A stretch of DNA of 64,000 bases, taken from Kiritimatiellia bacterium (GTDB taxonomy: Bacteria; Verrucomicrobiota; Kiritimatiellia; RFP12; UBA1067). The position numbers were made by a program, and so were the translations under genes. The notes below the pieces were generated by a model. It worked only from the letters and a program-made list of their open reading frames with translations. It had not been told where the DNA came from and made no database searches. The stretch lies in assembly GCA_050949565.1 (NCBI GenBank), contig JBMNFY010000017.1, forward strand, positions 1,184,001 through 1,248,000. The letters run 5' to 3'. Numbering within the stretch: position 1 is the stretch's first letter; the number at the start of each line of letters is the position of its first letter. Shown here in pieces: positions 48,772-59,581 of this stretch.

Positions 48772-49602
48772 ATGAGCACCTACCAAGAATTCCAACACGC
48801 ATTACGTACGACGGGTCGTTACGAGACGGCCGCCGCCACCCGACCGGTAGAGACGCTGCGCATCTCGCCGCTCAACTCGTTCCGCTATGCGTTTACGATC
48901 ATCGGCATCGCCGTGCGCTGTGCCGTCAGACACCTCTTCCGCCGTCTGGATTACGACGTGTGGGGGCGCATCTGCATGAGAGCGGTGACCTTCGCGGAAA
49001 AGCTGGGTGGCGTGATGACCTTCGAGGGTTTTGAGCAGCGCGCCGCCTATGACGGACCGGTCGTTTATGTTTCCAACCACATGAGCACGCTTGAGACCTT
49101 TGTCTTTCCCTCGACGTTGCTCACCTTCGGCAAGATCGCGATTGTCCTCAAAAAAAGCCTGGCCGAGATTCCGCTGGTCGGCAAGGCCGCCTTGCGTATC
49201 GGATGCATTCCGATAACGCGCAAAAACGCACGCGAAGACCTGAAGACCGTGCTGGAGGTCGGCGCTCAGCGGCTGGCTGAAGGTCACTCGGTTCTGCTCT
49301 TCCCGCAGGGTACACGGCAGGCGGTCTTCGATGGCAAGAAGTTCAATTCACTGGGCTCTAAGCTGGCTGAACGCGCTGGCGTGCCAGTCGTGCCGCTGGC
49401 GGTCAAGACCGATTTCCTCAAGACCGGCAAATGGATCAAGGATTTTGGCGAGGTCGATCCCAACAAGCCGATCCGTTTCGCCTGCGGCCCCGTGTTGCCC
49501 GCCACACTCGGCGCACGCGCCACGCACGATCAGAGTATCGCGTTCATCGCGTCCAAATTGGAAGAGTGGGAGAAGGATGTCGAAGTAATAAGTAATGGGT
49601 AG
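48772..49602 (+). CDS. 1-acyl-sn-glycerol-3-phosphate acyltransferase family protein
   Basis: SNHMSTLE and FPQGTR motifs. Confidence 0.88.
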   Translation: MSTYQEFQHALRTTGRYETAAATRPVETLRISPLNSFRYAFTIIGIAVRCAVRHLFRRLDYDVWGRICMRAVTFAEKLGGVMTFEGFEQRAAYDGPVVYVSNHMSTLETFVFPSTLLTFGKIAIVLKKSLAEIPLVGKAALRIGCIPITRKNAREDLKTVLEVGAQRLAEGHSVLLFPQGTRQAVFDGKKFNSLGSKLAERAGVPVVPLAVKTDFLKTGKWIKDFGEVDPNKPIRFACGPVLPATLGARATHDQSIAFIASKLEEWEKDVEVISNG

Positions 49603-49663
49603 ATCAGACGGATCGGACGGATCGGACGGATCGGACAAAAGACCCATTACCTGTTGCCTATTC
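49584..49663. repeat. 9-mer array (TCGGACGGA) nested inside an inverted heptamer pair
   Basis: GTAATGGGT (49592-49600) pairs with ACCCATTAC (49642-49650) around ATCAGACGG-ATCGGACGG-ATCGGACGG-ATCGGAC. Confidence 0.75.
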
Positions 49664-50767
49664 CACTATCTTGACCGGTGTGCCGTCCGGTAGCAGTACG
49701 CACAGTTCCTCAATGTCCGCATTCCGGAAGCGCACGCGTCCGGCATCGGAGATGCGGCCGAGCGATGACACGTCCCATGTGCCGTGCAGCCCGAGCAGGC
49801 GGGCGGGCGGAGTCTCGCCAGTTGCAGAGAGCGTCATCCAGCGTGTACCCAAAATATTTTGCGGGTGGCCGAACGGCACCTCGCCGCCGTCCGGCAGGCG
49901 GTAGGCAGGCTCCTGTACCTTGTTACGCACAACGTACGTGCCGACCGGAATGTCGGCAGTGGGCCCCAGTCCCACCACATATCGTTTGCAGAACTGGCCG
50001 TTAAGCATGAGGACTGCGGAGGTCGTCTGCTTGAAGATCGTCAACTCAAAAGCCGGTTTGTCGAGTACCCAGATCTCACGACCGACACGCAGGCGGTCGG
50101 GCCGGTCGATGCCGTTGGCCTGAAGCAGATATGCCTGCGTGGTACCGTAGCGTCTGGCCAGTTTACTGATCAGGTCGCCGGACACGACCCGATGGCGCGC
50201 TTTTTCGGGCATGGCGCGGTCTTTGAAAAATAGCGTCGTGTTGATCTCGCCGATTCGCCGCTCGACAAAAGTGCGCACGTCCTCCACGTCACGACGGGCG
50301 AGCAATTGGTGCAGAACCTGACGCGCGGCAACCAACTCATCTGCGGTCTCATGCCGGGACACCTGTTCAAGTAGACGCTGCACTTCGGCCGATTGCGCCG
50401 CGGCGGTGGGCACTGCCTTGCGTTCCGCATCCAACCAGCGCTCGGCTGCAGTCGCTGTTGTAGCGCTATCTTCTTTCGCAGCGTCCACCGCTTTTTCGCG
50501 TTGACCGAAATTGAGAAAGTGCCGCCAGAACGAGGGGCGTTCGCGCTGGGCCTCAACCTCAGGCATACTGTAGCGGGTCTGTCCGGGGGCCTCCTCTTCT
50601 TCAGCCGCCGCCTTTGCGCTCGAACGTCCGGCACAGCTACGCAACGCCAGCAACGGCACGCCGATCGCCAGAACCAAGATCGCCGGCAGCCACAGCTTCC
50701 GCAGCGGCGAACTCGTTTGTCCGTCGTGCTCAATGCCGTATATGCCGCGTTGTCGTCGAAAAGACAT
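49658..50767 (-). CDS. LysM + L,D-transpeptidase (YkuD) domain protein
   Basis: TM anchor, LysM HRVVSGD..SKLARRYGTT, NILGTRWM, GLHGT; catalytic Cys position reads Arg. Confidence 0.85.
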   Translation of the reverse strand: MSFRRQRGIYGIEHDGQTSSPLRKLWLPAILVLAIGVPLLALRSCAGRSSAKAAAEEEEAPGQTRYSMPEVEAQRERPSFWRHFLNFGQREKAVDAAKEDSATTATAAERWLDAERKAVPTAAAQSAEVQRLLEQVSRHETADELVAARQVLHQLLARRDVEDVRTFVERRIGEINTTLFFKDRAMPEKARHRVVSGDLISKLARRYGTTQAYLLQANGIDRPDRLRVGREIWVLDKPAFELTIFKQTTSAVLMLNGQFCKRYVVGLGPTADIPVGTYVVRNKVQEPAYRLPDGGEVPFGHPQNILGTRWMTLSATGETPPARLLGLHGTWDVSSLGRISDAGRVRFRNADIEELCVLLPDGTPVKIVE

Positions 50768-50797
50768 GTGAACCGTTCCGCAGAGCCACCGCCCGGG

Positions 50798-51517
50798 CTA
50801 CTGGCGCTGCTGTAGTTTTTCCAGCATCTCGCGCGTGGCCTGCTCAATGCCGACAAACAACGCGCGACAAACGATGCTGTGCCCGATATTCAAGGTGTTA
50901 AGGTGGGGGATCGCCAGAATAGGATCGACATTATCGAGGGTCAAGCCATGCCCAGCGTTAACCACCAAACCGAGCGCGTGAGCGCGTTGCGCCGCATCTG
51001 TGAGGCGCGCCAGCTCCTTCTTGCGCTCTGTGCCCGTATGCTCAGCATACGCGCCCGTGTGCAGTTCGATTGTCGGCGCACCGATAGCAGAGGCGGCCTC
51101 GACCTGTTGCGCGTCAGGGTCAATGAAAAGACTCACCGCGATACCCGCTTCGCTCAATGCCTCCACTACCGGGACCAGCGCGTCGCGCTGCCCGACAACA
51201 TCCAGTCCGCCTTCAGTGGTCAGTTCCTGTCGCCGCTCCGGCACCATGCAGACCTCCTCGGGCTTGACTTCGAGTGCGATCCTCACAATGTCAGGGTTGT
51301 TGGCCATCTCCAGATTCATGCGCGTGGAGAGCGTCTCGCGCAACGCATAAACATCCGCATCCTGAATATGGCGGCGGTCTTCGCGCAGGTGGATGGTGAT
51401 GCCGTGCGCACCCGCCTTTTCACAAAGCGCCGCCGCCTCCAGCAGGCTCGGATAGTCGGTGCGCCGCGCCTGCCGCAGCGTGGCTACGTGGTCAATATTG
51501 ACACCTAGACGAATCAT
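50798..51517 (-). CDS. pdxJ: Pyridoxine 5'-phosphate synthase
   Basis: LGVNIDHVATLRQAR, HLREDRRHI, TTEGGLD, NAGHGL, NIGH. Confidence 0.97.
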   Translation of the reverse strand: MIRLGVNIDHVATLRQARRTDYPSLLEAAALCEKAGAHGITIHLREDRRHIQDADVYALRETLSTRMNLEMANNPDIVRIALEVKPEEVCMVPERRQELTTEGGLDVVGQRDALVPVVEALSEAGIAVSLFIDPDAQQVEAASAIGAPTIELHTGAYAEHTGTERKKELARLTDAAQRAHALGLVVNAGHGLTLDNVDPILAIPHLNTLNIGHSIVCRALFVGIEQATREMLEKLQQRQ

Positions 51518-51680
51518 GACGTGAATCTCCTCTTTTTATTGTTAAGCATAGCATAGTTTGTCCTTAGTGAAAATAACGCATATTGACGAGCTTCTCAGAA
51601 CGTGTTAATTTCAGCTTATCTGTTCGTGTGTTCGGTCACCGAACAGCACATGGTACGGACGCGAAAAAAGGAGATTCTAC

Positions 51681-52745
51681 ATGATTCGCACAACTCGGCC
51701 CCCGATCCGGATCGGCATCGCTGGCTTAGGACGGGCTGGACTCGAGATGCACTGCCCTGAGCTAGCGCAGATCCCGGAACTGTTCAAAATCATCGCAGTG
51801 TGCGATCCAGTCAAAGAGCGCCGCGACTTGGCCTTGGAGCGCTTGCCCGACGTGCGCACCTACCGCCGCTATGAAGACCTGCTGGCGGACCCCGATGTCG
51901 AACTGGTCGATATTGCCACGCGCTCCGACGAGCACGCCGCGCATGCGTTGCAGGCATTGAAAACCCGCAAGTGGGTGCATATCGAACAGCCCTTCTGCTG
52001 CGACTACGATCAGGCTATGATCCTGCGCGCAGCGGCGATCAAAGCTGGTAACCGCCTGCTGGTACGCCACAACTACCGTTACGAACCGGCCTTCGTGCAG
52101 GTGAAAGAGGTCATCCGTTCCGGTGTACTGGGACCGATCTACGACATCAAGATCCGTCGCGGCACCTACGAGCGGCGCGACGATTGGCAGACGGTCAAGC
52201 GTTGCGGTGGCGGTACGGCGCTTACTTGGGGACCGCAGTTCCTTGATCAAGCGCTGGACCTGCTGAACGCGCCGCCGATCAAGGTGTGGTCGGACTTCAA
52301 ACGCGTGGCGGCGGTCGGTGATGCCGAGGATTTCATGCGCGTGATCCTGCGTAACATGGCCGGCTTGACCGTTGATCTGGAAATCTCGGGCGGGCGCATC
52401 AATGAGATTCCGCAGTTTATCGTGACCGGAACCAAGGGCGAGTTCACGCTCTATCAGGGTGCGGCCGAAGGCACGATACGCCATCTGGACCGTAAGCAAA
52501 AGTTACCGCGTCGGCGCTCCAGCGTGCGGACTCCGCCGCTGGGTAGTTTCGGTACACCCGAGACGCTGAACTGGATCGAAACCAAGGTTCCGGTGGCGCC
52601 CAAGGACGATAACGGCATGGCGCTGATCTGGGAATATGTTTTCAACACGATCCGCGAGAACAAGACCTTCCCGATCCCGCTTGATCACACGATTGAGACC
52701 ATGCGCATTCTGACGTTGATCAAAAAAGAGAGCGCGTTTGCCTGA
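51681..52745 (+). CDS. Gfo/Idh/MocA family oxidoreductase
   Basis: IGIAGLGRAG Rossmann fold, RRDDWQT..CGGG, AVGDAED. Confidence 0.88.
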   Translation: MIRTTRPPIRIGIAGLGRAGLEMHCPELAQIPELFKIIAVCDPVKERRDLALERLPDVRTYRRYEDLLADPDVELVDIATRSDEHAAHALQALKTRKWVHIEQPFCCDYDQAMILRAAAIKAGNRLLVRHNYRYEPAFVQVKEVIRSGVLGPIYDIKIRRGTYERRDDWQTVKRCGGGTALTWGPQFLDQALDLLNAPPIKVWSDFKRVAAVGDAEDFMRVILRNMAGLTVDLEISGGRINEIPQFIVTGTKGEFTLYQGAAEGTIRHLDRKQKLPRRRSSVRTPPLGSFGTPETLNWIETKVPVAPKDDNGMALIWEYVFNTIRENKTFPIPLDHTIETMRILTLIKKESAFA

Positions 52746-52747
52746 AT

Positions 52748-52854
52748 CCGCGCGCGGCGCGGAGGCAGGCTGTGAGACTGTAAGGCTGTGAGGCTTTTGG
52801 CATGGCTACGCGGGGGGCACTCAGAAACCTTACAGCCTCAACACCTCACAGCCT
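52748..52854. repeat. CCGCGC hairpin + inverted pair of 8-mer (GGCTGTRA) arrays between convergent genes
   Basis: AGGCTGTGAGACTGTAAGGCTGTGAGGCT opposite CCTTACAGCCTCAACACCTCACAGCCT. Confidence 0.75.
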
Positions 52855-53464
52855 ATTCGCGGGCTTCGCCTGCGGCTGCCGCGCACTTGATCGCGCGCGT
52901 GTCCGTCACGATCCAGTCCATCGCGATGTCATGCGCGTCTAGAGGTAGCGGTTCGTCTTGCACCTGCCAATCGTAACAGACCGCGATCTTCAGCGTCGCA
53001 CTCGGGGCATGGCTGAGAAGGTCGTCGTAATGGCCAGCACCGTAGCCGAGACGCCCACCGCGCGTGTCGAACACCAGACCCGGCACGATGAACGCCTGCA
53101 CATCCCACGGCATCACGGGAATGCGCACTTCCGGTTCGCGGACGCCGTGACGGCCGGAGATCAGGCGCATCGTGGGATCAATCGCATACAGCCGGTACCC
53201 GTTCTCAGAGTTACTCCAAGCCGGCACGCACACCTCACGCCCGGCCGCCCAAATTTCGCGCGCGATGTAGCGCGTCGGGATTTCGTTGCGTGTGCTGAGA
53301 TAGATGCAGATACGCCATGTGCGCATCAGCAGATTAACCGGCGATCTGACCACCCGCTCGCAAATGGCGCGCCCGGCCTCGCGCCGCGCCTCTTGACTCA
53401 TGACACGGCGCTTTTCGCGCATCGCGTCGCGGATCGTCTGCTTGGTTTTTTTCTCGTCGCTCAA
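52853..53464 (-). CDS. 5-formyltetrahydrofolate cyclo-ligase
   Basis: [30 protein letters not shown]. Confidence 0.93.
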   Translation of the reverse strand: MSDEKKTKQTIRDAMREKRRVMSQEARREAGRAICERVVRSPVNLLMRTWRICIYLSTRNEIPTRYIAREIWAAGREVCVPAWSNSENGYRLYAIDPTMRLISGRHGVREPEVRIPVMPWDVQAFIVPGLVFDTRGGRLGYGAGHYDDLLSHAPSATLKIAVCYDWQVQDEPLPLDAHDIAMDWIVTDTRAIKCAAAAGEARE

Positions 53465-55278
53465 AACAGCCCCTTGACCTTACCGGTGGCGGTGTCGATG
53501 TCGATACGGCGGAAGGCCGCGTTAGAGGCCGTGCCCGGCATGAGCTTGATATCGCCTGTAACCGGCACCACCAGCCCCGCGCCCTGATAGATCAACAGGT
53601 CGCGCACCGGCAACGTCCAACCGCGCGGACGCCCCGTCAGGGTAGAATCGTGCGAAAGGCTGTATTGCGTCTTGGCCATGCACACCGGCAGGCGCGCGAT
53701 GGCCGGATCGGCTTCGAACGCGGCGAGCTTGGCCTTGGCTTCGTCGGAGTAGGATACACCGTCACCGCCGTAGACCTCCTCGGTAATCGCCGCGATACGG
53801 TCTGACAACGGCTCGTCGAGGTCTGAGAGAAAATCAAAGTGGTTGGAATCTTCGCACGCTTCCACCACCGCCTCGGCCAGTTCGAGCGCACCTTCCCCAC
53901 CGCGCAACCAGTGATCGGAGACCGCGAAGCGCGCCCCGGCGGCTTCGGACACGCGCCGCACCAGCGCATGCTCGGCCGGCGTATCGGTGTGGAAGCTGTT
54001 GAGGCAGACCACCGGACGGATACCGGAACGCTTGACAATGCCGATGTGCGCCAGCAGGTTATCACACCCTTTCTCCAGCAGTTCCAGATTTTCGCCGGTG
54101 TAGACCGGATCAAGCGGCCGTCCGGCCTGTACCGCAGGGCCGCCACCATGCAGCTTGAGCGCACGCACAGTGGCCACGATCACCACCGCGTCAGGTTTAA
54201 GCCCGGAGCAGCGGCATTTGATGTTCCAGAATTTCTCGTAGCCGATGTCAGAAGCGAAGCCGCTCTCGGTGACCAGATAGTCGCAGAGCTTGGAGGCCAG
54301 ACGGTCGGCGATGACGGAACTCTGGCCGATGGCGATGTTCGCAAAGGGGCCGGCGTGTACCAGCATCGGCTGGCCTTCGAGCGTCTGCATCAGCGTGGGG
54401 TTGGCCGCGCGCGTCATCCAGGCGGCCATCGCGCCGTCCACCTCAAGGTCGGCAGTAGTGATCGGCTTCCCGGCTTTCGAGTAGGCCACGATGATGCGGC
54501 CAAGGCGCGCGCGCAGATCGGCGAGATCGGTAGCCATCGCCAGAATCGCCATGACTTCCGAGGCCACGGTGATGTAAAAACCGGACGCCATTTGGAAGCC
54601 GTCCATGCGGCCACCGCGACCGATCTCGATGTTGCGCAACGCCTGTGCGCAGAAGTCCATGGCCCAGCGCAACTGCACACGGTCGGGATCAATGTCGAGC
54701 CGTGCGAGGCGGCTCTGCGCGAGGCGCGCGTCATCGTAATTGCGCTCATGCTGCATGCGCGCGGTCAGCGCGACCATCGCCAGATTGTTGGCGTTGGTGA
54801 TCGCGTCGATATCGCCGGTGAGGCCGAGCGAGAGCGGCGCGAGCGGCACGACCTGCGCGAGACCGCCGCCGGCGGCCGATCCCTTGATGTTGAAGGTCGG
54901 GCCACCGCTGGGCTGACGAACCGTACCAAGCGCGCGCCGACCGAGCCGACCCAAGCCTTGCACCAAGCCGAGCGTGGTGGTCGTCTTGCCTTCACCCAGC
55001 GGCGTCGGCGTGATCGCGGTGACATCGATATACTTGGCGCGGCGCGGCGGATCGCCCAGACGCGCGTGTACGGCGTTCGCATCGATTTTGGCGAGCAGGC
55101 GTCCATACGGGATGATCTCATCCGGCAGCAAGCCCATCTCGGCGGCCAGGTCAGCGACCGGGCGCAGGTTCTGTTCAGCGGCTTCGGCGATTTCCCAATC
55201 GGCGAGTTGTGTGGGGTCTAGTTTCATGGACTTCAGCGTATCGTTTTTCCAGTTTTGCGTTTTGTCCGCATTCAACAT
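53461..55278 (-). CDS. fhs: Formate--tetrahydrofolate ligase
   Basis: [43 protein letters not shown]; start could be a later Met. Confidence 0.96.
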   Translation of the reverse strand: MLNADKTQNWKNDTLKSMKLDPTQLADWEIAEAAEQNLRPVADLAAEMGLLPDEIIPYGRLLAKIDANAVHARLGDPPRRAKYIDVTAITPTPLGEGKTTTTLGLVQGLGRLGRRALGTVRQPSGGPTFNIKGSAAGGGLAQVVPLAPLSLGLTGDIDAITNANNLAMVALTARMQHERNYDDARLAQSRLARLDIDPDRVQLRWAMDFCAQALRNIEIGRGGRMDGFQMASGFYITVASEVMAILAMATDLADLRARLGRIIVAYSKAGKPITTADLEVDGAMAAWMTRAANPTLMQTLEGQPMLVHAGPFANIAIGQSSVIADRLASKLCDYLVTESGFASDIGYEKFWNIKCRCSGLKPDAVVIVATVRALKLHGGGPAVQAGRPLDPVYTGENLELLEKGCDNLLAHIGIVKRSGIRPVVCLNSFHTDTPAEHALVRRVSEAAGARFAVSDHWLRGGEGALELAEAVVEACEDSNHFDFLSDLDEPLSDRIAAITEEVYGGDGVSYSDEAKAKLAAFEADPAIARLPVCMAKTQYSLSHDSTLTGRPRGWTLPVRDLLIYQGAGLVVPVTGDIKLMPGTASNAAFRRIDIDTATGKVKGLF

Positions 55279-57479
55279 GTCGTCATAATACCAGCAGGGC
55301 GCTCTTTAAGCCACTGGATTTTGTCCTCTTCGTCGCGACGGATCACTTCCACGTAGTATTTCTTGCCGCGCACGAAGAGCCCATGCACCGCGTCCGCGCC
55401 TTCGGATTCGGCCACGGCCTGGACGATATCGATCATCGGCCGCGTGATGGTGAGGCCGGGCAGGAAGACCGGAATACCGGGCGGGTAGGGCACGAGCAAC
55501 TGGCTGCTGATGCGGCCCTCGGCCTGATCCAGTTCGATTAGCTCACCGTCGCACAGGGCGGCATCACGCGGCAACACGGTGGCCTGACCGTTCACGGCGT
55601 CGGCCACGCTGCTGTCGAAGGCGTCGCGCTCGGGACGTCCGATCGCCTCTTTCATCCGCATGATGGCACGGTAAAGGTATTCGAAATGATCTTCGACCGT
55701 GCCGATGGTGACCAGAAACAGCAAGGTGACCGGCGTTGACTTCTCCCACTGGATCTTGGCGTCGAGCAGCAGGTCCTTAAAGCGGCGGCACGCCTCAGGG
55801 TTCTTGAAGGAGAGTATGATCTTGAGCGGGTCGTGCAGATAGCCTTCGCGTTCATAGGCGGGGGCGTCCCCCGCACCGACAATTTCACGCAGGCCCGCAA
55901 AGCAGACTTCTTCGGGTAGACCACACTCGCGCGCAACACGCGCCTTGAAGGTCTTGACCCAGCGCAGGCGCTCTTCAATCAGCTTGAGCCCCTCCAGCCG
56001 CATCTGCACGCCGGCGCAGTCGAGGGTGGCCATCATCGGATAGTGAGGCGAGGTGGAGTGCCAGTAGCGCAACACCTCGTGCAGATTGTGGATGAACTTA
56101 TCGTAGGAACCACGGCCATTGACAGCGAAGCGCGTGAGCAGCCAGCGCCACTCGGCAGATTCGCTCTCGAAAAGCTGCTTGAACCGCAGCGAGACGTGGA
56201 TCATCGAGGACTGACTGAAGGCCGCCAGCGTCTTGTGGGTGGAGTGTACGGCGAAATGGGCACTGGAGGTCTCGTGGATAGCGTTGTAACGCACGCGTCG
56301 CCCGTTCGCGGTCACTGCCGTATAGTAGGGATGGAAGCTGAGATAAGATGCCCACGCCTCATCCGCATAAAAGAGAATACCGTGGCGCTCGCAGAGCCGC
56401 GCGACCTCCCAGACCGGATAGAGAATCCCTTCGTAGGTGCAGGTGGTGAGCACCAGCATGCGCGGTTTGGCATGTTCGGGATAGTGCGTGGTAAGGGCGC
56501 GCCGCAGATCCTCCATGGCGATCGGCGCCCAAACGCCAAGATGGGCATTGAAGCGTGCCGGCAGATAGTTGGGGATGGCACCGGCCATCACAACGGCATG
56601 ATGAACCGACTTGTGGCAGTTGCGATCGAGCAGCACGGTCTCACCGGGCCGCAGCAGCGTCATCAACATCGCCTTATTGGAGGTGGTCGAGCCGTTGGTG
56701 ATGTAATAGCTCTGAGCCGAGCCGAAGATCTCCGAAGTGAGACGTTGAGCATCGGCCAGCGGCGTGCGCGATCCCGGCGTAGAGAGGTCGCCCAGACTGT
56801 GAACCGAAACACTGAGGTCGGCGCGGAAAGTCATCGGGCCATACTCGTGGCGGAATCCCTGCAAGAAAAGCGAACGGCTGAAGGCGTGGCCGGCGTTATG
56901 ACCGGGCGTGTGCCAAGAGGAGCCGGCCTCGTCCATCACGTAGTGACGCAGAGCGTGCCAGAAGCGAGGTTCCCACAAGGCGCGGAACAGGTGGTGCACG
57001 CGGGACTGGTGCGCTTGGATATTGTCAAACACCTCGCGCGACTTGAGCACCCAACGGCGCGACGGCACGCGGACCCGTTCCGCGCCCGGTGTCGTCAACA
57101 CGATCTTGGGAATCGGCGGAAAGTAGGTGTAGAGCCACCGAGTGAGCGGTATGCCTTCGAGGTTTAAGGCATGTAGCGGCAGACGCCGCCCCGGTTGCGC
57201 CGGGTCATCAAAGGCGTCATCCAGCATAAAGAGGATGCAGGTCTTCCCGTCATCCGTCAGCATGCCCTCCACCGTCTCGTCCGAGAACAGCCCGCGCTGA
57301 AGCTCTTCAGGCGAGGCGACTGGCACAATCCTCAGCGGCGGCCAATCAATCGGCTCATCCGACGGGAAGGTCTCGTCACAGAAACGGCGGAAAATATCCG
57401 ACAGGCCGTGTGTCAGCGCCTGAAGACGCTCGTGCTCCAGAGAGGAACTCTGAAGGTAAAAAACAGTTAGTTCATTCAT
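55272..57479 (-). CDS. Orn/Lys/Arg decarboxylase (PLP fold type I)
   Basis: [51 protein letters not shown]. Confidence 0.9.
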   Translation of the reverse strand: MNELTVFYLQSSSLEHERLQALTHGLSDIFRRFCDETFPSDEPIDWPPLRIVPVASPEELQRGLFSDETVEGMLTDDGKTCILFMLDDAFDDPAQPGRRLPLHALNLEGIPLTRWLYTYFPPIPKIVLTTPGAERVRVPSRRWVLKSREVFDNIQAHQSRVHHLFRALWEPRFWHALRHYVMDEAGSSWHTPGHNAGHAFSRSLFLQGFRHEYGPMTFRADLSVSVHSLGDLSTPGSRTPLADAQRLTSEIFGSAQSYYITNGSTTSNKAMLMTLLRPGETVLLDRNCHKSVHHAVVMAGAIPNYLPARFNAHLGVWAPIAMEDLRRALTTHYPEHAKPRMLVLTTCTYEGILYPVWEVARLCERHGILFYADEAWASYLSFHPYYTAVTANGRRVRYNAIHETSSAHFAVHSTHKTLAAFSQSSMIHVSLRFKQLFESESAEWRWLLTRFAVNGRGSYDKFIHNLHEVLRYWHSTSPHYPMMATLDCAGVQMRLEGLKLIEERLRWVKTFKARVARECGLPEEVCFAGLREIVGAGDAPAYEREGYLHDPLKIILSFKNPEACRRFKDLLLDAKIQWEKSTPVTLLFLVTIGTVEDHFEYLYRAIMRMKEAIGRPERDAFDSSVADAVNGQATVLPRDAALCDGELIELDQAEGRISSQLLVPYPPGIPVFLPGLTITRPMIDIVQAVAESEGADAVHGLFVRGKKYYVEVIRRDEEDKIQWLKERPAGIMTTC

Positions 57480-57498
57480 CAGACGCGGGATCGTCCGT

Positions 57499-57678
57499 TT
57501 ACTCTAGCGGCATGGGGTTGCAGAGGTTCTCCTCTTTGTCGGCCACCCGACCGCAGTTGAAGCAGATGTGTGTCGGTTCTTTAGTCACTTGCTTGATCAT
57601 TTCAAATTGCGATTGGCTGGCCAGCACACAAAGATGCCCCTCGTGTTTTCCAATACAAACGCGGCTCTTTTCACTCAT
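57499..57678 (-). CDS. Small Cys/His-rich protein (59 aa), probable metal binder
   Basis: MSEKSRVCIGKHEGHLCVLASQSQFEMIKQVTKEPTHICFNCGRVADKEENLCNPMPLE; AAAGGAG RBS; below the ORF-track cutoff. Confidence 0.75.
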   Translation of the reverse strand: MSEKSRVCIGKHEGHLCVLASQSQFEMIKQVTKEPTHICFNCGRVADKEENLCNPMPLE

Positions 57679-57945
57679 AATTCGTTGTTTCTCCTTTCTT
57701 AATTGAAGTTCCCGTCATTTTATCATAAGCCCCGCTCTCCGGACAACGGGTTTCAGGTTTCTGGGCAGGGCCGCAGAGTTAACATTTAGGAGTTTTTGCT
57801 CCTATGATTTCATAAATAACGTCGCGCAAGGGCTTGTCGCTGCTCCCCGTTTCTTGATACCATGACGCTATGGTGTGAAAAGGATCGTATGCCGTTGGTT
57901 GATACAACGGCACGGGCTTCGTCCACAACAGTCAGGGGAACAAAG

Positions 57946-58635
57946 ATGAAAACGTTATTGTCGGCAAAAACACTCATCGCCGCAATCGCGGCGTTCGTAA
58001 GCGTCCTCACCGTTCAGGCAGGCAACGCATGGTTGTATGACAACTCCGCAAAGACTCTAACCGAGCAGGTCACCGATGGTTCCATGCCTTGGGTGATTGG
58101 CGGGGTTTCCGCGTCCGGTACGGAACTCTCGGCAACAGCGACATCAAGCAACTTCGCGACTCTTACGACAACTGGTGACTCAACCGAACTCGACTTCACC
58201 ACCATCACCAATGCCTCCGGCACCGCTTTCACTCTAGTGAGACTTGGCGCCCATATTCTTAAACAACGCTCGACACTCACCAAGGTAACAGCGCCCGAAC
58301 TGGGCGAGGCTAGTAATTACGCTTTCATGGCTTGCACGGCACTTGTGGATGTCGTTGCGCCCAAACTTCCCAAAGTCGGTGTCCAAACCTTCAATGGTTG
58401 TACTTCGTTGTTCTTCCCCAGCCGATGGGACGTAGAACGTCAATGCACGGATCTTGACAGCATTACTACAATCGGCAAGGAAAATTTTAGAGGAACGGCT
58501 CTGTCCGGTAGGATTTCGTTCAAGGGCTGCACCATGGCTTCGACAGCCAGTGGTCTTTTCCAGAACTGTACCATCACAGAGATCGAGCTTAAGCCAGAGG
58601 GGGAGCACGATTTTGGGGCATATATGTGCGCATGA
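57946..58635 (+). pseudogene. Secreted BspA-type leucine-rich-repeat protein, apparently truncated
   Basis: Signal peptide; AFMACTAL, TFNGCTSL, ITTIGKENF, FQNC repeats; ends abruptly. Confidence 0.6.
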
Positions 58636-58772
58636 CCGACCGCGTGATGGCGTTCAACAACAAGGTTGTGGCGCTCGTCCACAAGGTGATGCCAGAAAAG
58701 AAGTTCTGTTTTATAGCCTACAACAACTATAGCGGCCTTCCCTGTGCGATGCGGCACGATACAACAGGATGA
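58632..58772 (+). pseudogene. Internal fragment resembling DUF4838 proteins
   Basis: MTDRVMAFNNKVVALVHKVMPEKKFCFIAYNNYSGLP resembles the DR..F.N.VA..PDK..AY..Y..P motif. Confidence 0.45.
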
Positions 58773-58868
58773 TGGGGAAATGATCGGTGTTCTGACTCCG
58801 CAATTTTCGCATCTTCGCACCGTCGCGCGAGAAAAAACCACTTTTTGCAAAAAACCGCATTCTCCTGT

Positions 58869-58897
58869 TTGCCATAGCGGCGGGAATCGGGTATAGT
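58869..58897 (+). promoter_or_regulatory. Sigma70-type promoter
   Basis: TTGCCA-17 bp-TATAGT upstream of 58975. Confidence 0.6.
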
Positions 58898-58974
58898 TGG
58901 GACATCAATTACGGTTCTCTTCTCGATTTCCGAGGTGGCCGTAGTGCCGTTTTCACATGTGACACGAGGTGATC

Positions 58975-59484
58975 ATGAAAAAAGTGTTGTTCGGTTTGCT
59001 GATGGCGGGGGTGATTGTGTTTGGCGCCAGTGCCGCTGAAAAGGTGCGTTGGCCGGTCTGGTTCGCTTTCAACGGCGTGGAGGATATCGATGTCGTCGGG
59101 CTTCGCCTGAACCTCCCTTCTGGCGAGTGTGAGCAGGTGACGGGCATCGACCTCGGTTTTATTGGCCGTTCCCAGTATTACAATGGCATCCAAATCAACC
59201 TGTTCCGCAATGACGTCGAGGACACCCTTGCGGGCTGGCAGATCGGTTGCTACAACTCGACAAGCCTGGGTGACGCGCTGGGCTTGCAGACGGGCCTTTG
59301 GAATGAGGCGCAGAGCCTCTATGGGTTTCAGGCCGGCTTGGTGAACCTCGCTGATTACGCGACGGGCTTTCAGATCGGGCTGATCAACCGCGTAGAGGAT
59401 ATGCACGGCTACCAGATTGGATTGGTCAACATTATCCGCAGCGGTCGCGTCCCCTTCTGTCCGATCATCAACGCGTGCTTCTAA
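58975..59484 (+). CDS. Secreted LA_2272-type repeat protein
   Basis: Signal peptide; repeated GxQxGLxN units; terminal PFCPIINACF. Confidence 0.8.
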   Translation: MKKVLFGLLMAGVIVFGASAAEKVRWPVWFAFNGVEDIDVVGLRLNLPSGECEQVTGIDLGFIGRSQYYNGIQINLFRNDVEDTLAGWQIGCYNSTSLGDALGLQTGLWNEAQSLYGFQAGLVNLADYATGFQIGLINRVEDMHGYQIGLVNIIRSGRVPFCPIINACF

Positions 59485-59581
59485 CCGTTGCTTTTTATCG
59501 TCCGGCAACGCCTGAGGCGCTGTCGTGTGCGCGGCGGGCAAGCCAAGGCCCGCCGTCTTCTTTTATTTCAGGAGAGTGTCC

